Of a stretch of DNA of 32,250 nt, positions 22,386 to 32,250 are shown piece by piece. Within the stretch, counting starts at the first letter, position 1. Each line of letters opens with the position of its first letter. Source of the DNA: Ginglymostoma cirratum. Its lineage: Eukaryota. The stretch lies in NCBI GenBank assembly GCA_024137785.1, contig JAHRHZ010000005.1, positions 342,201 through 374,450 on the forward strand. The letters are read 5' to 3'. Made by a program: the position numbers and the translations under genes. A model generated the notes under the pieces. The model did no database searches. It saw only the letters and a list, made by a program, of their open reading frames with translations, and was not told the DNA's origin.

Positions 22386-23205
22386 AGAGATAGTAAGAAC
22401 TGCTGATGCTGGGATCAGAGGAAACACATTGTGGAGCTGGAGGAATACAGCAGGCCAAGCAGCATCAGAGGAACAGGAAAGCTGATGTTTCGGGTCGGGA
22501 GCTTTCTTCAGAAATGGAGGAGGGAGACGGGAGCTCTGAAATAAATAGAGAGGAGGGGTGGGTCTGGGGTAGGTAGGTGGAATAGTGATTGGTGAATGCA
22601 GGTCAGCTGTGGTGGGGATTGGTCAGTGAGGTGGGAGGAGCGGATAGGTGGGAGAGAAGATGGAGAGGTTGTGTCAGGTCAAGGAGGCGGGGATGAGAGG
22701 GAGGGTGGTCATGGGATGAGACAGTGGTGGGTGGAGGGGGGGGTGGATTTTGGAACTAGTAAGGTCCACATTGAGACCATTGGGCTGTAGGCTCCCAAGG
22801 CGGAATATGAGGTGCTGCTCCTCCAGTTTCCGGGTGGCGTTGTTTTAAAACTGGAGGATGCCCAGGATCGACATGTCATCCAGGGAGTGGGAGGGGGAGT
22901 TGAAATGGTTCATGAGTGGAAAGTGTTGTTGTTTGTCATGCAACTGGAAGGTGTTCTACCCCTGACCTCATCCCATGACCACCCTCCCTCTCATCCCCAC
23001 CTCCTTGACCTGACGTTTCGTCAGCTTTGCTGCTCCTCTGATGCTGCTTGGCCTGCTGTGTTCATCCAGCTCTACACCTTGTTATCTCAGATTCTCCAGC
23101 ATCTGCAGTTCCTACTATCCCCCGACCTGAAAAGTCAGCTTTCCTGCTCTTCTGATGCTGCCTGGCCTGCCTTATTCCTCCAGCTCCACACTGTGTTATC
23201 TCTTA
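22386..23205. mobile_element. Rearranged Penelope-like element with internal inversions
   Basis: A terminal repeat at 22390-22515 is mirrored by inverted copies at 23015-23120 and 23135-23200. 22675-22720 is also inverted at 22965-23012. Confidence 0.65.
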
Positions 23206-23677
23206 GTAGTGAACCAGATGGGTTTTTGCAACAAGCAACAGCCATTGTTAAATTCTATTTTTCACTATTTGCCCTAAACATTTAACCCTAACCCAAACAC
23301 AGGAGTTTGGAATGCCTGTACAATGATATACCACTGCCTTACTAATGGGCATAGGTTTGGAAAGTGCTGTTTAAAGAGCCTTAATGAAATTCTGCAGTGC
23401 ATCTTGTGGATGGTCCACACTGTGGCTCAGCGTTGGTGATGGAGGGAGTGGATACTTGTGGATATGGTGCCAAACAAGCGGGCTGCTTTGTCCTGCATGG
23501 TGTCATGATTCTTGAGAGTTATTGGAACTGTAGTTCCAGTGGGAGGAGTTTGGAGGGAGGGACAATGAGAGGCAGGAAGAAATATGTTCAGCCAGAATTG
23601 GCAGCATTCTTACCAGTTGATTTGTGTTGTTTGAGACAGTAGGTGTTGATCTCTGACACAGCAACATCTGCAACACG

Positions 23678-24030
23678 AAGAGAGGAGATACAGCCGAGAG
23701 GAGGAGAGGTGGGGAGGAGGGAGAGAGGGCAGACCGGAGAGGTGGAGAGGAGATACAGCCGAGAGGAGGAGAGGTGGGAAAGAGAGAGAGTGGTGTAGAG
23801 AGGGGGTAAAGGCTGGAGTGGGGGGGGGGGGGGGTAGGGAAGATAGAGGTGGGGAAGAGGGGGAGGGGAATAGAGAGAAGGAGAAGTGGGGGAGAGGAGG
23901 AGAGGTAGTGGGGATAAAGACTAAAAAGGAAGAGGGGGTAAAGCCTGAAGGGGAGAGTGGGGAAAAGGGGCATAGAGAAAGAGGGAGAGGGCGGAAAGAG
24001 AGGAGGAGAGGTGGGGAAGAGGAGCAGAGC
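23678..24030 (+). repeat. Polypurine (GA-rich) low-complexity tract with a G15 run upstream of the TRIM start codon
   Basis: Direct repeat gagaggagatacagccgagaggaggagaggtggg occurs twice (~23680 and ~23745); poly-G at ~23820-23834. Confidence 0.85.
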
Positions 24031-24087
24031 TGGGGGTGCTCACTCAGGGAGAGCTCGTTGGGGGCAGGGAACCCCTGAGGCTGGGAG

Positions 24088-24540
24088 ATGGCATCAAGAG
24101 AGCAGGCGGAGGGCCTGAGCAAGTACCTGCAGTGTGGCCTGTGCCGGGAGCTGTTCCAGCAGCCGGTCATCCTGGAGTGCGGCCACAACTTCTGCCGGGG
24201 CTGCATCCAGAGCGAGTGGCAGAAAGGAGATGGGGGCGGCTGCTGCCCTGAGTGTCTAACCCTGTCCCGGGAAAGTAGCATCAAACTGAACAGGGCCCTA
24301 GCCAACCTGGCCGACAAGCTGAGGAACCTGAAGCCATCCCTGGAGCTCGCTCCTTGGGGAGAGAGTCCGGCAGAAGAGGGTGGGCTCGGGCTGTATTGCA
24401 GCGAGCACCGGGAGGAACTCAAACTGTTCTGTGAGACTGACCGACAGCTGATCTGTGTGATGTGCCTGGATGGCAGAGGGGGTCACAGTCACAAGTACCA
24501 CGACTTCATGCTCATCCATGAAGCTGTCGTCAAATACAAG
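24088..24540 (+). CDS. TRIM exon: RING (C3HC4) and B-box2
   Basis: CGLC...CGHNFCRGC...CPEC; CSEH...FCETD..ICVMC...HKYH; ends TAC AAG|gtaaag. Confidence 0.95.
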
Positions 24541-27500
24541 GTAAAGGAAAGTTTTAAAAAAGCAGTTTCTAAACACAGTGAGTGCGATTTTAACTCCGGG
24601 CGCAGTCGGATTTCTCGCCGAATTGATGCCTTTCTGAAGGAGAGGGCCATTCAGTCTTGCCCACATTTACCTTACTCTAATTGGTGTATTCAGATCGCCG
24701 GGCGCCCCCCCCCCACAACTCCGCCATTACCTTGAATTGAAGTGCAGAGGGTAGTGTCCTCTGCCCCTGTGCCAGGAGCTCCGGGTTCAAGTCCCGCTCC
24801 TGGACTTGATGCCCAAGGAAGCTGTTATCATAACACCGTTCCCAGCGAGTTGCTTATGGTTTAGTAGATCGTGTGGCACCGTGGTAGTGTCCACAGTTCT
24901 GGGCCAGGAGGCCTGGGTTCACGTCCCACCTGCTCCAAAGGTGCATCTTAACGTCCCTTGGTGATGGTCACTTTGTAAATCCTTCTACCACTGTGTCAAC
25001 GTTGGGGTGGTGCAAGGAAGTGAGATTCCTGGTGGACTGGGGTGGACAGGATGGGAAGAAACCAGCCACTATCTCCCCCTATCCCCCGATCTTTATCCAG
25101 AACTCGTCTATACAGTGCCTGTGAAGGTGTACATTACTCTGACCACTTAGAATTGTCATTACATTGAACTTGGGCCAAAAGTAGGCTGCTCGATACTTCG
25201 AGCCTAATCCACTGTTCAGTAAGATATGGCTGATCTGATTTTAACCTTATTTCCACGCTCCTCCCTACTCCCTACTCCCCCCACCCCCGCAATAATCTTT
25301 CATCCCCACCACCCTGCCCATGATATCAGCTTGCTTCTCCCCTCCAACCCCCATCCCACACAAATAAACATTTCTTCAAAAGAGACTGTTTTCACCTTTT
25401 GAGAGAAGGTTGAGTGGGGATCTGTTTGAAGTGTATAAGATTATGAGGGGCATGGACAGAGTGGATAGAAGGCATCTGCTCCTCTTGGTGGGGGGAGTTA
25501 AATAGCTTTATAAGGTGAAAGGTGGGAGATTTATAGGTGATTTGAAGGAAAATGCTTTCAGCCAGAGGGTGGTGGGGTCTGGAATGCACTGCCTGGGCAG
25601 TGAGAAACCGAACCATCTTTAAAAACTATTTGGATATGCATTTGAAATGTCATAACATTCAAGACTACGGGCCTGGAAGATGGGAATATTTTGCCCAGGT
25701 TGGTACAGATTCGATGAGTCGTTTCTGTACTTTGTGACTTTATGTCTCTGTCACCTTAGGAAAGACTGAAGACATCCCTGGACAAGCTGAGACAGAAGAT
25801 CATGGTCCTTGAAGCAAAGTTGAAAGAGAAACAGAGTATTTCGGAAATCGGAGTAAGTTTACTTGTTGCACACTCTCTGTCTGTCCTCCCACTCTATAAC
25901 CTGGTGTCCCACCGCTACACTCCATCTGCCTTGTTGTGTTGCTCTGTTCCCGCAGGAGAAATCAGTCAGTCTGCAGAACCTTATCTCGTCCGAATTCGCT
26001 AAAATGCACCAGTTCCTCAACAGAAAAGAAGAGAGTTTGATTCGAGAGCTGAAGGACCATGAAGACAACCTTTCAGGAGCGATGGAAAAGAACCTTCAAG
26101 AGATAAAAGGTCATTTAGATTCTGTTCGGCGGAAACTATCACGATTACACACAAAAATGGACCAGCAAGCATCAATCAACTTCTTGGAGGTACGAGGGGG
26201 TCATATGGAGTGGGGAAATATTTGTTTTTATCTGTAAGGTTTAAAAATTATAACAGCTTCAAAAATACTCAATGGAATGAATATTTGTGATTTTGCTTGC
26301 GTAGCACACAGAAACAAGTTCTTTGGTTGTTGAATGCACTGCCTGAGAGTGGTGGAGACAGCAGCTTCAGGTGAGGCATTCAGAATGGAATTAAACTGAA
26401 AAGGAAGATTGTGCAGGCTTACAGGAGAAGGCAGGGGGATGTTTGCTTGGACAGTGGGCCGAAAGATCTCCTTCTGCTCCTTCGCAATTCAGTGGTGAAT
26501 ACAATTCATGAAAAAAAACGACAAGTTGCCAAAAAAAAAGTGTGAAACAGGAACCTGTTAAAGTAGAATTCCTCAAACTGTTTTATAATTTCCCCAATGA
26601 GTTTTGAGTTCATCTGGCTCTCAAACATCATTCATTAATTAATACAGTTCTCTCTAAACATCTCTCTGCAGTACACAGTTTGTTATAGTTGTAACTTTCA
26701 GTGCCAAACTCATTATTTCATCAATCTGTTTAGGGATTTTGGGACACTCCTCTGGAGCAAGTGGGACTTGAACCATGGTCTCCCTGTTCAGGGGTATGGA
26801 CACTTCCACAGTGCCCCAAGAGCCCTCAGTGGCTTGATATAATCCTGTGCTATCACCCACCTGAACCTCGCTGAGATTGTGAATAGTGGGTTGGAGCTAA
26901 TTTCCCTGCTGAGAAAAGGCTGATGGAGCATGGACAGAAAAATGGAGTTAAGATTGCAATTAGATTAGCTGTGATTTTACGGAACAGTGCGGTAGCCTTG
27001 AAAGGCTGAATGTAATACAGGAGAATGGGTGGGAGACTGGTTTCATACCCTGTACAACTTTAGAATTCATTGAGTAGAATGAGAAACAAGTCTTGCACAC
27101 TGTTGCCTGATTGATGGGCAAAGTTAAGATTGCTCCCATGGTGGGGAGGCGATGGCCTAGTGGTATTATCGCGGGACTGTTAATCCAGAGACCCAGGTGA
27201 TGTTCTGGGGACCTGCTTTTGAAGCCTGCCACAGTAGATGGTTGAATTTGGATGCACTGAAAAATGACTGGAATTAAGAATCTAATGATGGCCATGAATC
27301 CGATGTCAATTGTTGGAAAAATCCATCTAGATCAGTAATGTCATTTAGGGAAGGAAACTGCCATCCTTACCTTGTCTGGTCCACATGTGACTCCAGATCC
27401 ACAGCAATGTTGTTGACTGTTAACTGATCTCTGAGCAAATAGGGACAGGCAATAAATGCTGGCCTAGCCAGCATCACCCTCAGCCCATGAATCAATAAAA

Positions 27501-28646
27501 AAATTTGAGTAACTGCTGTAAAATTCTGTCCATGCACCGCACTGACCTGATGACAAAATGACAGTGTTGAGATAGAGATAAAAGGTACTGCAGATGCTGG
27601 AGGATCCGAGATAACAAGCATGGGGCTGGATGAACACAGTAGGTCAAGCAGCATCATAGGAGCAGGAGTTGAGCTGTGGGGTTGGGTTGGGTTGGGGTTG
27701 ATGGTGGTGGTGGTGGTTGTGTGTATGTGTGTGTGTGTTGGGGGGTGGGGGGGTTGGGGGGGGGAAGTGGGTAGAGGGGAAAGTGGAATTGCTGGATCTA
27801 AAACTAAGCATTTGTGTGTCGTGTCAGAGACCCAGAAATGAGCCCATGAGCGCATACTGTCAGGATGTGCTTGCACTAACTGACCCTGGAAGGATGTTAA
27901 TCAGGATAAAATAAAGAGGCCAGAAAAATGGTTGGAGCAGATTAATGAATGAAAAAGTCAAGCATTCTTGTGCCAAAAGAAGTTCTGAGATCCATGTCCC
28001 TTCCTCAGTGAGGTTATCTTTGTGTCATAGGAACAGGAGAAAGCTACTCAGCCGGATACCTGCTGTGCCACTCAAATAGAATGTGTTAATTGGTGTCTTA
28101 ACTCTTGTTACTCAACGTAGCTCCATGCTGCCTGGTAGTGTCACCCAACAAAATTCTGTCAGCTCATCTTGAAAGATCCAATTGGATCCATAGCATGTTG
28201 GGAGACAGAATTCCTGATTCCGATATAAACTGTACGTGGGAAGTATTTGCGTTGCTCACATTTAGATCTCTTTTAATGATGTAGTTGCATCTCAGCTACT
28301 TTGATGTTGTGTTGTGGGATTCTACTTCCTATTGTCTCTATTTGGTTCTGTCCTAACACTGTCATGAGTACTGTACAATGCCCAGCTCAGATACCTCTTC
28401 TGTTTTATATTTAGGAAGAAGCTTGGGGACAAAAGAGGTATGGGAAATTCCTCACATAACCTTTCTTTATCACGCAAAAATAAGACGAATAGTGTTTAAG
28501 GTCACTCTGTAATGCCAATTATTACATTTCTATTGTTAGTGAAGACAGCCACCATATATTAACCAGTGAAAATCAGCCTCTGGGACTGTTCAAAGGACCA
28601 TTACAGTACACAGTTTGGAGAGAAATGATTAACGTTATCTGCCCAG
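24088..28646 (+). CDS. trim69-like: TRIM69-like E3 ubiquitin ligase (RING-Bbox2-coiled coil), 3'-incomplete in window. join(24088..24540, 25760..25852, 25956..26189, 28415..28437, 28540..28646)
   Basis: In-frame GT-AG exons of 453/93/234/23/107 nt, close to the usual pattern of B30.2-type TRIM genes. The pre-PRY motif GLFKGPLQYTVWREMINVICP resembles TRIM69 as recalled. The last donor is phase 1, as expected before a B30.2 exon. Confidence 0.85.
25400..25745 (+). mobile_element. Old CR1-type 3' fragment
   Basis: gagaaggttgagtggggatctg..gaagtgtataag motif; similar to 12520-12790. Confidence 0.6.
25760..25852 (+). CDS. TRIM coiled-coil exon (ERLKTSLDKLRQK...ISEIG)
   Basis: ccttag| ... GGA|gtaagt; 93 nt, phase 0-0. 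Confidence 0.88.
25956..26189 (+). CDS. TRIM coiled-coil exon (EKSVSLQNLISSEFAKMHQFL...INFLE)
   Basis: ttcccgcag| ... GAG|gtacga; 234 nt; contains the EFxxMHQFL motif. Confidence 0.92.
27140..27505 (+). mobile_element. tRNA-derived SINE with a LINE-shared tail (DeuSINE/SacSINE1-like)
   Basis: Head ggcgatggcctagtggtatt; tail ggcaataaatgctggcctagccagc...tgaatcaataaaaaaa, shared with 13740-13810 and 800-850. Confidence 0.6.
27575..27666 (+). mobile_element. Penelope-like terminal repeat fragment followed by a GT-rich microsatellite (to ~27780)
   Basis: Reverse complement of 6640-6732. Confidence 0.6.
28415..28437 (+). CDS. TRIM 23-nt micro-exon (EEAWGQK)
   Basis: atatttag|GAA GAA GCT TGG GGA CAA AAG AG|gtatgg; a 23-nt exon at this position is typical of TRIM-B30.2 genes. 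Confidence 0.8.
28540..28646 (+). CDS. TRIM linker exon preceding B30.2
   Basis: tattgttag|T GAA GAC ... GPLQYTVWREMINVICP G|gtaaga; in frame with the 23-nt exon. Confidence 0.85.
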
Positions 28647-28849
28647 GTAAGAGGCTCTTCTTGAACTTGAGAAGGAAAGAGACGTAAAACATTAACTATT
28701 AGTATGATGCACATGTTGTTGTGCAAAGATCAGATATCGTTGTTTCTTCAGTGTTGGACAACTTCCTCAGATATGTTCATCAGATTTATTTTAAACTGTC
28801 ACCCTACTTCCACTCTTTGTTGAAACTGCTGGACACACTAACTCGTGTT

Positions 28850-29562
28850 GTACAACAGAGAGACCTAGGGGTTCAAGTACACAACTTTTAAAAGTTTGCA
28901 TCACACACAAATAGCGTGGTTAAGAAGGCATTTAGCATGCTTGCCTTCATTTCTCAGTCCTTTGAATATCGGAGTTGGGACATTACATTGACGTTGTATT
29001 GGGCGTTGGTGAGGCCTCTTCTATAATACTGTGTCCAGTTCTGGTCTCCCTGTTATAGGAAGGATGTTATTAAGCTGGACAGGGTTCCAAAGACATTTAC
29101 CAGGATGTTGCTGGGAATGGAGGTTTTGAGTTAGAAGGAGAGGCTGGATAGTCTGGGACTTTTTTCACTGAAGCTTAGAGGTTGAGAGGTGACCTTATAG
29201 AAGTTTATAAAATAATGAGTGGTATAGATAAGGTGAATGGTAGGTGTCTTTTCCGTAGGGTGGAGTATTTCAAAACTTGGGGGCAAGTTTTTAAGGTGAG
29301 AGGAGAAAGATTTTAGAAAGACCTGGGGGCAGTTGTTTTATAGAAAGAGTAGTTCGTGTGTGGAATGAACTTCCAGAGGAAGTGGTGGATGCAGGTACAG
29401 TTACAATGTTTAAACAGCTTTTAGATAAGTACATGAATACGAAAAGTTTGGAGGAATATGGGCCAAGTGCAGGCAGGTGGGACTAGTTTAGTTTGGGATT
29501 ATGGTCGGCATGGACTGGTTGGACCGAAAGGCCTGTTTCCTCGCTCTATGACCCTATGTCTC
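28850..29562 (+). mobile_element. CR1-type LINE 3' fragment (TRIM intron)
   Basis: Same subfamily as 8860-9495. Confidence 0.85.
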
Positions 29563-30269
29563 TATAACTAAGAATCAGTTCATTCTGTAACATGCTACTG
29601 GTCCACAAATTGTAAATCTCCATCTTGTTTTGATGACAATGGAATGCCACTGACGCTCTGTTTTTCTCTCATATCATTGTGCTCACCCTCAAGGTTATAC
29701 AATAGTTCATTTGTTGAATAGAAAGGACGTGTTTTTTTTTTGCCTTCATTGTAGCAGATACACCGAGTGTGAGGATACAGTTCTTCAATAACGGCCTGTC
29801 CTCCAAACTGAATAACCAATAAAAACGATTAAAAATAAACATTGTAGTCTCGCAGAACGAAATGTGCTTAAGATGTAGCAGTAACCAAGATGAGTGTCCA
29901 TGAAGCACTTTTTGCTCATTCCGTCTCACTATAAATATTGATTTGCTGCTCCTTCCAGTTACATAGATGCACTAACAGTTTGTCCTTGCATTAATCGAGT
30001 TGATAACATTTGCGCAATGTTTTCTCGTTGTGTTCTCAAAGTAATATTAACATCGCCCTGGGTTCTCAGTGTGAGCTGGGCCTTTCTGTGTTGTACTGGG
30101 TGGAGAAAAATTAACAAGCAGCAACTCCTCCAAAACACTGACAGGAGAAATCAGTTAATGCCCAGTCAGGTTGAGGACTTGTGGAGAATTGGGAGTCTGT
30201 CTTATGTCACATTCAATGTTATTTTCCATGGCGAATGAAATTGGACTTTAAGGAAGAGCAAAATCATGT

Positions 30270-30985
30270 TCGGATCTGGGAGGGCTAGTCCAGGATTCTC
30301 TAAAGGTTAACTTGCAGGTTGAGCCTGTGATTAGGAAAGCGAATGTAATGTTGTCATTTATCTCAAGAGGGTTGGAATATAAAAGCAGCGACGTGCTTCT
30401 GAGACTTTATAAAGCTCTAGTTAGGCCCCGTTTAGAATACTGTGTCCAATTTTGGGCCCCACACCTCAGGAAGGACATACTGGCACTGGAGTGTGTCCAG
30501 CGGAGATTCACACGGATGATCCCTGGAATGGTAGGCCTAACATACAATGAACGGCTGAGGATCCTGGGATTGTATTCATTAGAGTTTAGAAGGTTGAGGG
30601 GAGATCTAATAGAAACTTACAAGATAATGCATGGCTTAGAAAGGGTGGACGCTAGGAAGTTGTTTCCATTAGGCAGGGAGACTAGGACCCGTGGGTACAT
30701 CCTTAGAATTAGAGGGGGTCAATTTAGAACGGAAATGAGGAGACATTTCTTCAGCCAGAGAGTGGTGGGCCTGTGGAATTCATTGCCACGGAGCGCAGTG
30801 GAGGCCGGGACGTTAAATGTCTTCAAGGCAGAGATTGATAAATTCTTGATCTCGCAAGGAATTAAGGGCTACGGGGAGAGTGCGGGTAAGTGGAGTTGAA
30901 ATGCCCATCAGCCATGATTAAATGGCAGAGTGGACTCGATGGGCCGAATGGCCGTACTGCCACTCCTATGTCTTATGGTCTTATG
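30270..30985 (+). mobile_element. Relatively young 5'-truncated CR1-type LINE
   Basis: Uninterrupted 195-aa C-terminal ORF (LLRLYKALVRPRLEYCVQFWAP...FFSQRVVGLWNSLP) and a (tcttatgg)n tail. Confidence 0.93.
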
Positions 30986-31819
30986 TTGGTTATCATTTTC
31001 TGACACACGCCTGATATTTAAATCTGTTGAACTTAGCAGGGCGAAGTATCAGGTGGTGTCCATAATAGATGATGGAGTCTGTGTAATTCTGGAGCTCTTA
31101 TAGTTTCAGTCGTAGTGTCCTAAACAGTTTTATTAAAGATATCCAGAATAAAACAGGCTTAGAATATGGCAGCAGCCAGTTTTTCACCCCTTCCTCCCCA
31201 TTTGTATTTTCCATGAAAGACAGTAGGATAAGGGATAAAATGGACTGGCAGCTCCCTATCCCTAAAGCCTGGTTGTAAAAGTTATCCCAGTCCCTCTTAG
31301 TCTTCACATCAGAGTTTACCCTCTTATTGGCGACTCCCAATCAGTGGAAATGTTTCCCCATTGACCCAATGAAAACCTTCCCAAATCTTTAATAGAAACA
31401 GTCTTCCATAACATTCCTTGCTGCATCTCTGAGAATTAGGAAACATAGAAAATAGGATCAGGAGTAGGCCAGTTGGCCCTTTGAGCCTGCCCTGCCACTT
31501 ACTATGTTTGTGGCTGATCATCCAACTCAGCAGCCTCTTCCTGCTTTTCCCCCCCATATCGTTTGATCCTCATGTGCTTGAAACAACTCCACAGCAGCCA
31601 GTATCCCATCACCAAGATCCCCTTTATTTACACACAGAGCGTATTTGACACTGATTCAGATCCCTTTGAGCCAGCTCTCAGAGTGAACAGGATGTCTGAC
31701 ACCTCTGTTTATATCTGTCAGCCAGTGCTCCCTGATTGGACCAAGTTAACAGCCCCAATCAGGGAAATCATATTCTAAGAGGTCCACCTGGCTGCCCTTA
31801 TTCCAATCGTTACGTGCTA

Positions 31820-32210
31820 TTCCCAACTCCTTCTTGAAATCATACAATGTTTTGGCCTTGACTGCTTTCTGTGGTAGTGAATTCAATAGGCTCACCGCTC
31901 TGGTGAAGACGTTTCTCCTCATCTCAGTCATAAAATCTGTATCCTTAGACTGTGACCCCTGGTACTAAATTCCTCTGCCATCCTTCACTGATCTACCATT
32001 GTCTGGTCCTGTTAACATTTTCTATGTTTCCATGAGATCCCCCTTCATTTTTCCGAACTCCAGTAAATATAATCCTAAATGAGTTAACCTCTCTTCCTAT
32101 GTCAGTCCTGCTATCCCAGGAAACTGACAAACCTTCGCTTCATTTCCTCCATCGCCAGAACATCCTTCCCCTGATAAGGTGACCAAAACTGCACGACATA
32201 TTCCAAGTGT
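31820..32210 (-). mobile_element. CR1-type fragment
   Basis: TEMRRNVFTRAVSLLNSLPQKAV. Confidence 0.7.
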
Positions 32211-32250
32211 GAACAAAAACCAAGTTGCTGGAAAAGCTCAGCAGGTCTGG

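Noticed and set aside
23281-23297. taaccctaaccc telomere-like motif
   Set aside because: Only two units, consistent with chance.
23503-24422. Long minus-strand ORFs (270 aa, 156 aa)
   Set aside because: Antisense shadows of the TRIM exon and the low-complexity purine tract.
28647-32250. Search for the TRIM B30.2/PRY-SPRY exon
   Set aside because: No LTLDPxTA-type motif was found in the ORF track or by eye. It is presumed to lie beyond the window, so the gene is not called truncated or a pseudogene.

Overview
Eukaryotic, repeat-rich vertebrate genomic DNA. The repeat complement (HE1/V-SINE-like, CR1-type LINE and Penelope-like ends, recognised from memory) points to a cartilaginous fish. Two intron-containing genes are arranged head-to-head. 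(1) Minus strand, 12031 to 2025: an intact antibody-like gene with five coding exons (leader, V, three C1-set domains), all introns phase 1, 1377 nt/458 aa. The V exon already contains its J-like G strand (YYC...WSGCGVTLTV). No RSS, D or J segments and no transmembrane exon are seen, so it looks like a non-rearranging, probably secreted immunoglobulin. It best fits the MHC-linked elasmobranch UrIg gene or a paralogue. (2) Plus strand, from 24088: a TRIM69-like RING/B-box/coiled-coil gene with five coding exons; the expected B30.2 exon should lie beyond the window. The rest is LINE/SINE/Penelope debris, three minisatellites and two 10-N assembly gaps.
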